A stretch of 62,200 nucleotides of DNA, counting the filler. It is 5 parts of 5 records of this genome, joined end to end, with 100 filler letters (N's around TTAATTAATTAA, not from the genome) between each part and the next. Parts side by side here need not be neighbours in the genome. Positions count along the whole stretch, not along the records: positions 1 to 24,275 come from SRR7504441_7495; positions 24,376 to 30,502 come from SRR7504441_7502; 3 more parts are not named here. The stretch is one strand, 5' to 3'. A program made the translations under genes and the position numbers. Below the pieces are notes generated by a model. The model searched no databases and was not told the DNA's origin. It saw only the letters and a program-made list of their open reading frames with translations. Below, piece by piece: positions 13,003 through 24,843 of this stretch (positions are counted from its first letter, which is position 1; each line of letters starts with the position of its first letter).

Positions 13003-14115
13003 ATGATGAGGCGGTTGATCTCGTGGGTGGCGGCGCACCACATCCCGCTGGCCACCGTGCTCAAACTTGCCGGGTCGGCGCTGGTGGCGCTCACCCTGGC
13101 CGTCGGACTCGCCCTGCGCAGCCTGGTCTCGGACGCGGCAGGATTGGGCTGGCTAGTCGCCTGCCTAGTCGTGGCGGGCTGGTTCATCGGGCCGCATTTG
13201 CACGGAGCGTTCGGACTCGGGCCGGACTGGTCGACAGTGCCGCTCAGTTCGCTGGCCGGCTGTTGGTCGGGCCCGGAGGACACGTCCGTCTGTCGGTTCG
13301 TAGTGATCTCGGACACGCACAACGAGCATGAGCAGCTCGAGCTGCCGGCGGGGGACGTCCTGCTGCACTGCGGCGATATGAGCTACCGTGGCACTCTGGA
13401 CGAGATACGCAGCTTCAACGGCTGGTTGGGCCGGCAGAGCCACCGAGTCAAACTAGTGGTGGCGGGTAATCACGACATAGGGCTGGACCGTGCGAGCTAC
13501 TCGAGGATCTGGCGGGAGTGGCACCAGACCGAGGAGGATCCAGCCGAGGTGAAGCGAGCGCTGAGCAACTGCCGGCTGCTGCATGATGAGCAGGTGACTG
13601 TCAAGGGCGGGCTGAAGGTATATGGCAGCCCGTATCAGCCGATGATCCCGGGGCGACGGATGGCGTTCAACCACAGCAGCCCGGCAGAGAGCGAGGCGTG
13701 CTGGGCCAAGATCCCGGACGATGCGGACATCGTTATGACCCACGGGCCCCCGCACGGGATCGGGGACCGGATATTTGCTGGCGGGCTGCGTGTGGGCGAC
13801 CGGGCACTTCGGAAGGAGCTGCTCGAGCGGGTGCGGCCTCGGTACCACTGCTGTGGGCATATCCACGAGGCGTTTGGGGCAGTGCGGGAACAAGGGGTCA
13901 CGTTCATCAATGCTGCGAGTTGTACTTTGTTGTATAAGGCTCGGCATGCGCCGATAATATTTGATGTGCCGATTACCGGTACTAGGCGTTTAGTAAAGAG
14001 TTGTGCTGCAGCCGAACTGACTGCGGCGATATCTTCTTTGGCTCCGACCGCTGCAAGAACGGGGGTATCAGCTTGTGCTGTGGGGACTTTTATTGCCACT
14101 TCCCATTCTGGATGA
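13003..14115 (+). CDS. Metallophosphoesterase (MPPED-like) with N-terminal transmembrane helices
   Basis: ISDTH, HCGD, AGNHD, MTHGPP and GHIHE motifs. Confidence 0.9.
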   Translation: MMRRLISWVAAHHIPLATVLKLAGSALVALTLAVGLALRSLVSDAAGLGWLVACLVVAGWFIGPHLHGAFGLGPDWSTVPLSSLAGCWSGPEDTSVCRFVVISDTHNEHEQLELPAGDVLLHCGDMSYRGTLDEIRSFNGWLGRQSHRVKLVVAGNHDIGLDRASYSRIWREWHQTEEDPAEVKRALSNCRLLHDEQVTVKGGLKVYGSPYQPMIPGRRMAFNHSSPAESEACWAKIPDDADIVMTHGPPHGIGDRIFAGGLRVGDRALRKELLERVRPRYHCCGHIHEAFGAVREQGVTFINAASCTLLYKARHAPIIFDVPITGTRRLVKSCAAAELTAAISSLAPTAARTGVSACAVGTFIATSHSG

Positions 14116-14518
14116 GTGCGCTCCCGCTGACCCGCTTCCCGGTCGAATCCTGGGAATACGTGGATGCCAAGTATGGCAAGGTTCCTACTCTGGTGGAACT
14201 GATTGCGGCCTCGTGCGCTCCACAACATCTATTTGCCAGCATTAATTCGGATGCTGAAGAGATCATTGTGACTGTCGAGATCTCTTGTGATGACGAGGAC
14301 ACGCAAAGCTTGCAAATCAGACCACTTTGAAAACTCACAGCGGTGATAGCTCAGTGCAGCGTCACCAGGTGGGATCATTTCAGATAGAGACAGAGGGTGA
14401 GTTTAGCCTTTTCCGCATTTATAACAAAGGTGATCCGACGCACCTATGCTGTAGTGGTATAGAGTTTTGGGGTCGTTTGGGGTACAAGACTGACCTCATA
14501 AATGATACTAGCGCCTAG
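14012..14518 (+). CDS. Probable exons ending in a discoidin/F5-8-type-C-like (HECTD1-type) domain C-terminus; attachment unclear
   Basis: 14321-14518 reads TTLKTHSGDSSV...FSLFRIYNKG..HLCCSGIEFWGRL. The upstream open frame 14001-14330 is out of phase with the phosphoesterase donor. Confidence 0.45.
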
Positions 14519-14573
14519 TAATTAGTTCATTGTTTGAGTGTAGTTCCGAAGGCACTGATCATGACTAAATCGT

Positions 14574-16277
14574 TTAATATTGTGATAATGTTGTATCAAT
14601 TGTATCATTAGACTTGGTTACATTGATGGGTCGCAGAGCCCACGCACTCACACTCGCCGTTGCTCTCCTTTCGTTATCGTTGCCGGCACAACTCATGAAC
14701 AACCCAAGCTGCGAAGACGCATTCAAGCTCGGGTAGATAAGTGTGGTGAGCACTTTGCCCGCAACATAGGTCTCCACCGCCCGGCCATCTAGGTACACTG
14801 TCAAGTTCCCGCCCAATTTGCCTTCGAAAGGAGCCGTCATGCGATCCTTAAACACGGGTGGTGTCGCATTCCGGAGCGTCGACCGCCTTTTATCCACAAA
14901 AAACTCGCCCGCAGACAGGTCCAGACCTATCTGAGTTGCCTCGACCGCACTGGCCAGCACCGTCACACCGAGGTGCACCCCATCCGGGCTTGCCCCGGCC
15001 TGCAGGCCGAGCACGGCACGGATCTCGACCGCGTGGCCCAGGCTGCCGAGTGGCACGGCGCTCCCGCATGTGAGTGTGAGGTTCTGTCTGCTTACCTCAC
15101 TCGCGGCTATCCGGAGTGCCTTCAACTCATCGACTGGCTTGAAGCTTATCGATGGGACCCCATCCGGACCCGAAAGCAGCGACACCTCACGGGGCAAGGC
15201 CTCCGGCTCAACCAGCTTTTGCCCGCAGCTCCATTCATTTGCCCCGTCAGAACGCCGGTTGACTGACGCCTCAATGTAGCCAAACAGGACTCTTCGGCCC
15301 GACTGGAGGTCAGAGCCAGCTGCGGTCTTCGATGCGTAGTACGCTCCATAGTCCACTGCCGTGTGCTCGGTCGGCCGGAGCACGCTGTCCACCGGATCGA
15401 TGGCCCCAATCCAAAGCTCCTCCCCGTGAGTGTTCCAGCTCCCTATCGGGTAAGGCTTGGGGCCGGGCTTCGGGTTGCAGGCTGGCGGCTCGCAAGTGTC
15501 GCTGCACATCGAGGCCTCAAACACCACCAGCTCCACTCCAGCTGGACTCGGCAACGGCCAGACGTCCGGACACTCAAACGTGTCGATCGAGACCCCGGCA
15601 CGGGTCTGGTTGCGGGTGTGCAAGTAGGAGACAAACTTCCAGGAGGCCAGTGAGTCATCATCGGCTACGAACATCATCCCAAAGGCGAGCGGCCCGGTCC
15701 TGGCCCCGGCTCAGCCCAGCCCGGCAACAGCCACTCACATCTGGTCAAACTTCTCGCCGTGTGTCAGCCCGGACCCGACCACCACGTACCACCGCCCATC
15801 AGACCGCTGAAACGGCCTGCTCGGGTCCCGGAAGTTGGAAGGATGCGACTGGGTGCCTGCGGCGGGCGCGACCGGGCTCCAGCGGGTGAGCGACCGGTCC
15901 AGCGCCACCCGTCGGCACAGCCCACCGCATCCAGGAATCAGCAGATAGACACCCGACGGCGTCACCGCCACCGAGCCGGTGTCGCCGCCCTGGCCGGTGA
16001 CAAGCAATGGATCCGCCCAGGCCCAGTCGACCAGCCCCTGCGAGACAATGTGCCGCCATCCACCGTCGCACCCGACAAACCAGTGCCAGGTACCGTCGAG
16101 CAGCACCACTGCGGCCGCGTCAGCGCAGTGAGTGGAGTTGATCTGGGCCGGGGTCAGGTGGTAGGTCGGCTCCAGCCACTCTCCCGTCGGCAGCTCGCAC
16201 CCGGGAGAGGCCCCCATCGCTTGCTGCAAGGACCAAAGCAGGGCCAGCTGCCAGCGCGCTCCGGTACGCCTCTTCAT
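14574..16277 (-). CDS. Secreted glycoside hydrolase family 32 (beta-fructofuranosidase/levanase-like)
   Basis: Signal peptide; PTYHL..CADAAAV (variant of NDPNG), FRDP, FECPD, YYASKT, ALPREV. GT-AG intron near 15700-15738. Confidence 0.9.
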
Positions 16278-16453
16278 TTTTAACGGAAGCCTACAGTAAA
16301 AACAGCTGTAGTCCTCGGGTGACGGGGTGATCCTGGGTGAAATGAAAAAGATTCCGAGTTTCAGAAATCAGGCTCAAGTCCGTTACCCCGAGGGCCCAGG
16401 CCACGACGTCTAAAATCACAGCTATTATGAAGTCATTATTACAAGTAGTTATT

Positions 16454-19026
16454 TCATTTATTTCTTTGAGATTTCCGCCAGGCGCCGTATCGGCGACCGA
16501 CAGCTCTCTTAATCTCAGCTTGTAATTGGACCATGAGCTGCTCACCGCACTCCACCCCGATGTGTTGCTCGATCAGCACCTGTTCTACCATTCTCTCTAC
16601 AATCTGCCGGCCGCCCGGCTCCTCAAAGGCCAGCTCCATTTGGGCGACAGCTAGCTCAGCCAGTGCAGAGTTGCAGAGCCGTTGGGCCTCCGCCTTGAGC
16701 GCAAGCTGCTCCTTGCTGGGTGGCGGCTTGGCTGATCTCTTCTTGCTGGGTGCCTCCCGCTGTTTGATTGCAATATTGTCTGGGAAGAAACTGCCCACAT
16801 ACGACCCCATTCGGCAGAAGCGGAGCTCATAGTGCTGGATCACTCCGCCTGGGTGGCAACATCTCATCGCCACTCGGCATGCCTCGCTTCGCGCCCAGAA
16901 TTCCTCTTGAGAGAGCCCCGACCTGGACTGCCAATTGGCGTTGTACGAGAGGTAGTAGAGGACTGTGCCCAGCGCAATCGGCACCTCCGGGCTCGGCCCC
17001 ACAAAGAAGCTGCTCGCATTCTTGACCAGCACCCGCTGGGCCACCCGATCCAGGCGGCGGCTGACCCGACTCAGATCGTGCTCCAGAGCCTCGCTCATAC
17101 TGGCAGCACAGAGCGGATCGGGCGACTCTTCGCTCTCGTCCGACTCGCCGTCGCCCTGGTCCGGAGCGAGCTGCCAGCCAAAGTACCTGTCCTGCTGGTC
17201 GTCATGGTAGGAGAAGCACACCTTAGCCGCATAAGGGTTCTCGCGGAGGCCCGTGGCCTTGCGCTTGAGGCTGTACTTGTGCCCAAGGAAGGTAGTGCGT
17301 TGGGCTCGCTCGTCGAGAAAGAACTTGATCCAGCTGTGGTAGCCCATCATGTATTCGCTTTCGTACAGCTTGGCCAGCTCTTCAGACGCTCGGGCGCTGA
17401 AGCATTCTCGGCACACGTCGAATCCGGCTAAGGTGTTGCTGTAGCTAGTGCCGGACTTGCTGCAGTTGTCGCAGATGCTGTGCTTGGACTCTCTCGGCTC
17501 AAGTTTGTGCCCCCAGATCCTCTCGCCCATGATCGCTTGGATGTGTGAGTCCAAATAAACGGCCTCGCCCACAAAGGTATGCTCGAATCCACAGCACTGA
17601 ATCAGTGTGCCGTCGATTGGGCTCACGGCCTCATGGATCTCGAACCATATTCGCCAGAGCTGCTGTTTTAGCTTGCCCAGCGTCATTGGGATCCCTGCAG
17701 CCCACTCAGTCCACACGCTGGAGCGGCCGTACCCAGCTCTTGCACAATGTAATCATGAGCCAGTCGCATCGGCTCGGTATCACACACCAGACCGATGAAT
17801 TTCTCGATCTCCTCTCGTTCGTCGACCGTGTAACGCTCCGGTTTGCCTTGCTTCATGGCATAGTTGTCCAGAAGTGCCACAAATGCCCGATAAGTGCCTT
17901 GCTGCATCTTCTTCTGGCACACTTTGCTGAACAGCGGGCGCTTCACCGCACCGGGAGCTTGCAGTTTGTCTAGCAGGATATCGGCCGACGGGTCCATCCA
18001 CGGCGCGGGCGGCTGGCCCTGCTGGTCGGGCGCCTGCCGGATGCTCACTGAGCAGCGGTTGGAGTCAGCCAGCAGGATCTGCTCAAAAACATTGGAAACT
18101 GGAAGGCTAGTCGCCCCGGGCAGCACATCTGCCCCCCCCCCCGCTTCGGCCCCAGGCCTTGCCATCGGCCGACCTCTGGACGGCCAGCCGGAGATGAGCG
18201 TCGCACCGGGCTGGTCGCAGGCTGGCATGCTGTACTGCGGGAAGGGTGGCGTTTCGACCGCCAGGCTCAGCTTCTCGGTGAGCTCGGCCAGCCGGGCCAG
18301 AGCAAAGCTCCGAGGCTGCGGCATTCTGGCCTCATCCAGCTCTCGGGCCACAGCCAGTAGCGCCTCTTGCACGGCGTGCACGGCGGTGCGATCGGAGGAG
18401 CATCCATCCTCCGTCGGTCGGTTCCAGCTCTGATCGTACAGCTGCACGGCTAGGGGCAGCACTCGTTGGATGAACCAGAGCACGCGATACTCAAGCGCCT
18501 GCAGTGCCTCGTGCCTGCTCCCATCCTGCACATGCTGGTTGCGTCCGGGCCCAGCCGCCTCGCCCTCGAGACCAACACTCTCGGCAGTCAGGGTGCACAC
18601 GCACTGATGACACCTGTTCGGGCGCAAATCCATGCTCCAGCGCACGCGGAACGGCGCACTGCCCATCGAGGAAGCGTAGCATTGGCCCGGCAGCTCGCTG
18701 TAGCTCTGCTCCGTCGGCTCCATCCAGGCTGAGTCACCAGAACCGGCCCCGAGCGGCCCAGCCCACCCGAGCCGCCCCACTGCAGCTCGCGCCGTGTCGA
18801 GAGGCGCCTGTAGCTCAGCCGCCGCCGCCGCTCGGACCTCGCCCCCCCGCTCGGCGTGCAGACCGAGCCAGACGTGTCCCTCCGCGGTCACCAGCTCCCG
18901 CTGCTCGGCCCGGCAGTCCATATCGAGCCGCACGTTGGTGTACGCCTCGGGCGGGTGCCGATCCCGTGGCACCGGCAGCACCGCGGGCTGAGCGACCGCC
19001 TCGTCGGCCTGCGTGTGGCGTTGCAT
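16454..19026 (-). CDS. EndoU/XendoU-family endoribonuclease with long N-terminal region and Cys-rich insert
   Basis: TYRAFVALLDNY, QLWRIWF, GFEHTFVGE, GYHSWIKFFLDER, SSFFVGPSPEV..ALGT, VGSFFP. 38-nt intron near 17698-17735. Confidence 0.88.
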
Positions 19027-19144
19027 GCTTGCGCGGCGGCTGTTCGGGATTAACGGAAGCCTCAGCTCGTGAAAGAATAAATAGGGCACTTTCATTGATT
19101 AAATCTGCACACGCGATGGCCAACCCGGACGAGCTCACTGAATA

Positions 19145-22100
19145 ATGGCCCACCGGCCTCAGCTTCTGCTGGTGTTGGTGCTGGGCTGGCTGTCGCGGCC
19201 GGCTGTGGCGCAGGCCGACAGCTGGAGCGAAGAGATCCCAGCCCGGGCGGCCGGGCGCGAGCCGGCCGAGTGCATGGGCAAGCTCCGCCGGGCCGACTGG
19301 TCGTGTATGGATGAGTGGACCCACCTGGCCTGCCCGCACAGCTGCCAGACCGGGGGGGGCGAACCGGGGCGTCCAGCGCTTATCCAGGCGATGGCCCGGC
19401 TCCACCCGGACGGGCTGGCCCGGGTGGGGAGCGGGCAGCGGGCTTGCACCTTCCCCGGGGTCGAGTGCGAGATCGAGGGCGAGTCCGGCGGCGGACTGGT
19501 GACCGGGATCGACTGGTCGCGGCTGGCCAACGGAACAGTTTACGCCCGAGCGCCAGGTGAGGGGCTGACGCTCGGCATGAACCGCACCTTCCGGCTTCGG
19601 GAGGATCGGCAAGTGCCGTGGGAGTCGCTGAGCCGGTTGGTCGGGCTGAGGCGAGTGGTGTTGGAGAACCAGCAGCTTACGGGGGACTTGTCGGGCCTGT
19701 CCCAGCTCCAGGGGCTCAGGGCGATCCAGCTGAGTGGGAATAGCATATCCGGCACGCTACCTCAAGTGTTTAACAGGAGCTTGCTGCTGCTCGACCTGTC
19801 AAACAACTTCATCTCGGGCACGCTGCCTCTGGCGATCAGCCAGCTCTCGTCACTGACCCTGGACCAAAACAGGGTCTCGGGTACTGTCCCATGGCCTCAG
19901 CTCGCATGCTTGCAAGAGCCGTGTGGCGCCGCTGCAGCTGCCCTATCCTGCAACAACGGAGGGGCCTGCAGACGGACCGCGGCGCTCAGTCTGAACAAGA
20001 ACAGCCTAACCGGCACGATGGCTGTCGAGATTGGAGCGATTGAAAATCTGCGCTCTCTCAAAATCTCAGAGAATAGGTTAACCGGAGGCATCCCGTGGGA
20101 CACTCTGAGCCGATTGTCTAATCTGCAGTCTTTGGACGTCTCGCATAATCCATTCCATGCTTGCCCGAGTGCACTGGGACTAGAATGCTATGACGTTTCA
20201 CATGCGCAGTGTGCTTTCGACCCTTGCTTCAGGCGGTTGGCTGACGTGCAAGCAATTAATACGTCAATGGCGCAGATCCCGAGAGCTGTAGAGTACATGC
20301 CCCGCATGTGGTACATGAATTTCATGAGCAATCAAATGTCCGGCAGCATCTCGACGGTGCTGCTCCGGCATCCGACACTCAAATGGCTCTTCCTTGGGCA
20401 AAACCATCTGGAACAAATGCCATCACTTGATGACCTTAAGTACTGGCAGCCACAGGAAGGCTTCAACCGAACGCTGGTTGGCCGCTCACTCCTGGCCGCG
20501 GACGCAGTCTGCGTGGATACTCCGGGCTTTATTGATAGCCGTGGTTTCACATGCGAGCACTGGAAAGGCCAGTATTGCGACTATTCTGCACCTAATTCAG
20601 GCGGAATTTATAGTGCGGCCGACTTGTTAGATGTGCAGTTGAATTGCAATGAGACGTGCGGCATCTGTACGGCTGAAGATGTTTCGCCTCTCCAGATGCT
20701 GCACCTCTCGGGCAATAGGCTAAGAGGAGATCTCCAGTTCCTTACTCGATATAAGAATCTCCACATTGCCTACACAAGTGACAACAGCTTCAGTGGCACA
20801 CTGCCATACCAGATCGGCCGGGTGACTGGTTTAACACAGTGGGAGAGCAACCACAACCGCCTTTCAGGTACAATACCACGGTGTGCAGCCTTTAAACTGG
20901 AGGTCCTTGATCTCAGCTATAATTCTTTATCTGGTACTGTCCCGGGCGAGTCTTTCGTTTTGCCAGCGCTGAGGCATGTTGTAATGAAGAACAACAGATT
21001 ATCTGGATCCATAAATGTGAATTCAACCATCTTGGAAACACTGGAGCTCTCCAACAACCACTTTGAAGGGGAATTTAGCGCTCCAGAGTGCCGCAGCCTG
21101 TCCAGTTTGTCGCTCAATAGGAACAAGATGACCGGAATCAGCGATTCAATAGGCAGTTGCACCAAATTAGAGCAGCTGGCAATGCTCGACAATGACATGC
21201 ACATGGTTGGCTTGCCCGAGACAATGAACAAATTACATGAATTGCAGACAGTATTTCTTGCAGGGAACGCACTCTCGTGCAAGTTGCCTTTGATGCCAAA
21301 CTCAACAAGGTTAGGAACAGGCATGTACACAGATCCGGTGTACAAGACCGCAGTAGCTGCAAGCGAGTCCATCAAGGGTGCAATTGTCGCGAATTGTGAA
21401 TCTCAAAGCGAGCGTACTCGTGCTTTTGGACTCTTGTCAGATCTCTCTTGTTTCACTCTGCAAAACGAGCTTGATCGCTTATTCAGTTTAGTACATCAAG
21501 AAACCAGCCTCGAAAATGTGGTACTGGTCACGCCTGGAAACTCTTTTATGCCAAATGAACAGAACAAAGCTGTCTTGTTTGGACGGGCAGAAGTTTCCAA
21601 ATTGGCTCAAACAGATGCATCAAAGCAGGGTCACAGCGATTGTTTTCCAGAAGATACTCAATTTTGGACGTTTGTGGTCATTCAAGTTCCCATTGCTGTT
21701 GTGCTTTACTTGATCATCCTGATTATCTGGTCATGTTCGTCTGCAAGGTGTAATATTGCTGGATGTGCTGGATGCGAACGTGAGACCCTAGAATCAGAAC
21801 CAGCGTTTGAGGATGTTGGACACATTGCAGATTTTCATGGAGACTCAGAGAGGGACAAGCTTGTCAAAGAAAGGTATGCACACAAAGAAGACAGCTCACG
21901 AGTGTTGTCCTTCTGCGCGCAATTCAAACACATGTTTAGCGACTGGCGACAGGAGAACCTGATGGAAGCCAGGTTGCTTCGGCGCCTGCTGGTTCCTTTC
22001 TCCCTTACCGCGCTCACTTCTGTTTCCCTGCTCATACCATTCTATTATTTTCAGCAGGGATGGCTGAAATGTCGATACGAATTCACTCAAATCACATCAG

Positions 22101-24060
22101 CTTATGTGACCAACAACGGGCTGGAGCTAAGTCTGAACTGGGAATCTACAGATTGGATTTATATCTCCTGGCTCTGTTTATTTCATTTGGTATGCATATC
22201 TATCGCCTACATTGCAATTACATTTGTGGTTGATGGAGAGACACACTCAATCAAAGCTGGGCACAATCTCGCTTTCACCAAGATGATGAGTGCCCTCAGA
22301 AACACTCCTCAGAGATGTGCTATTGAAGCTTGGCAATTCAATTCTCAAGCATACTTTATATTAATGAAAGCAGATCCAGCACCAGAAGCTGCCCAAAAGT
22401 TGCCAGATCTGCCAGATGCACATGCACCAGAGCAAGATGCACGCAAGCCGTCCACACCACCTCTTTATACCTCCGCTTCTGACCAAAGCGAGCAAAAGGA
22501 GCTGTCAATGCAGCACCCTAGCGGTGGCAAGCAATTGGACGACGCTACAGCGTCTTCGGGCATTGTCTGTCTATCATCCGCCTGTGTAGTTGCAGTGCTG
22601 AGATGGATATCAGCTCGAGTGGTCTTCTGGATAGGAGTGGCCGTGTTTTCTTTACCATCTGGCTTGTTTGTTCTGAGCAGAAACATCCCGTATGAGGGTA
22701 GTTCAGCATACTTTGATGCACCAATCTTCTGGCAGACGTTTGGTAATTCTACTTTTTTGGCACTTATCATGACATTGGTGGATGCTGTTGTTGTTCCTGA
22801 CTATGCACGACTTTTTGTTTGGATTGAAGGTGTGACTTGATCTTGCAGCCGGTGTCTGAGGCTTGTCATGCTGTAGGTATCTATTCTGACAAGCAGGAAG
22901 ATGATGTCAAGGTTCGCATCATGAAGTACAAGAGAGAGCTTTCCTACATGATACTGCTGGGTTTCATAATTGCGGTTGTTATGCCAGTGGTATGGGTTAC
23001 ATTTCTGGATCATTCTTGTTTTCGTGGTTATTTGCTCTTTGACCAATCGTTGCAGGATTTGCTTGAAAGCTGGGGGGCTTACGATGTTGGTTGGAACGCC
23101 TATCGGAGAGGCTATTGTACACGCCGACTGGTGGAACTCTACAGTTGTGTCTGGGCAGCTCGGTTGTTAATGATGGCTGTGTTTGGACCAGCTTTGAGAT
23201 ATGCAAAAGCCAGTCTTAATTTACAGAGTACAGTAGTATGGCTGTTAACAAAGCTTTCATGGATTCGTAAGCTGCTCTGTTGTTCAGAGGGCGAGCTTCC
23301 TGGGTTCTTTCTCAGAAGTGTTGAGAACATTCAAGAGGATATCAATATCACCTACCAGATGTTGGGGATTATCATTGTTTTTGGCTTCCATGTTCCAATC
23401 CTCTCCATCCTAGCTGTGATCTGCCTCATCGTCTGGCTTATAGCTGTGGTACACGTGGTCAGATATCGATCAGCAACTGGAGATACTGGCATATCTCTGA
23501 TCGCGGAGTCGGTGCTGGTGCGCTATCCGACTCTCCCTTTCCTCGTTTTCCTGGTGATTGCCTACCTCTTTGCCACCTGGTATGTTTGGGACCTCCGCAT
23601 CGAGTACCGGGAGGTCATTTACTGTTGGCCGTTGGTTCTACTTCTCATATGCGGTTTTCTGTTTTACAAGTTTAGAGAAAACTTGGGGAAGAAAACCGTC
23701 AGCATGCTGACAACAGGCACTCTAGTAATTGATGAGGTCGGCAGCTTTGAAGAGAGTCGCGACAAGGCTGGGACTGATAGTAGCAATGTCACGAGATCTA
23801 GTGGTGGAACCATCCAGAAATCTGACGCTTCCGCTTACCCCATCTATAGCGATGATGCTGGATCCACGGATTCGCGAGAGCCACTCCTTAGCCCTCGCCT
23901 AACAAGAGCTAGAACTGCTCCTCCTGCCGATCACGTAGCTTTCGTGGGCCAGCAGCCACACAGCATGAACGATGACATGCAAGTGCCTGGCCGTGGACCA
24001 GGCAATGATGTGTTAATCAACTATACGCATGTGCACAACGACCGTGACGACCAAATATAA
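19145..24060 (+). CDS. LRR receptor-like protein with ShK-like Cys modules and a multi-pass transmembrane C-terminal region
   Basis: Signal peptide; plant-type LRRs (LDLSNNFISGTLP, LDLSYNSLSGTVP); C...CPHSC and C...CNETCGIC modules; many hydrophobic helices. A 47-nt intron near 22830-22876 joins the two ORFs. Confidence 0.85.
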
Positions 24061-24275
24061 GAGACTCAATTTACTTCATTAGCAGTTTAGGCGTTGCCTA
24101 ATGTTATTTATTAAATGGGTGCCAGACTTAATAGTTAACGTATTCAGCGTTCGTGAATGATCACATCAGGTCGGAATGTATACAGTCGTAGACCACTTCC
24201 AGCGGGGCGCGGTCAGGCTTGAAGCTAATGACTTGTGGCACCGAGCACGTCTGGACTCGATTCTGTATCCGTGAT

Positions 24276-24375
24276 NNNNNNNNNNNNNNNNNNNNNNNNN
24301 NNNNNNNNNNNNNNNNNNNTTAATTAATTAANNNNNNNNNNNNNNNNNNNNNNNNNNNNNNNNNNNNNNNNNNNN
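24276..24375. other. Artificial contig linker (N44-TTAATTAATTAA-N44)
   Basis: Six-frame-stop spacer, identical to three others in the window. Confidence 0.98.
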
Positions 24376-24674
24376 GCCGCCGCAAGTCCGAAAGGCAGGC
24401 CGCGGTGCCGCCAGCCGATGGCTTGGCTGAGGCTCGGCTGCCAGCTCGACAAGAGCCGAGCGCTCGCGATGAACAAGCTAGCCTGCGCGGCCAAAGCCCG
24501 CCGGTGCCGATCCGTCTGGCCAAGAGCTCACTAAGGTATGTGCAGGGAATCGGACAAGCGTGCCATGTGGCTGATACTCCTGCTGACAGCTTCCGCCGTT
24601 GCCCAATGTGTGGTCGTGTGCAGCCAAGCAGCGCACTTCATCATCATTTTCATCATCGTCATTCTCATTCTTGA
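24376..24674 (+). CDS. 3' fragment of a hypothetical protein (CxxC plus His-rich tail)
   Basis: RRCPMCGRV..HHHFHHRHSHS* at the contig start. Confidence 0.35.
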
Positions 24675-24843
24675 GTTTACTCGAAGGACGATGTATGATA
24701 TAAGTAGATGCACATGGGGTATGAGAGTCCCATCCGGGTGAGGGACCAACCGCACATGTATACTTAGTCTATATGTCACTTATATGTCACTCAAGGAAAG
24801 AATACTAATCAAATACAAGACTTCAGTAGTACCCGTTTTAAAA

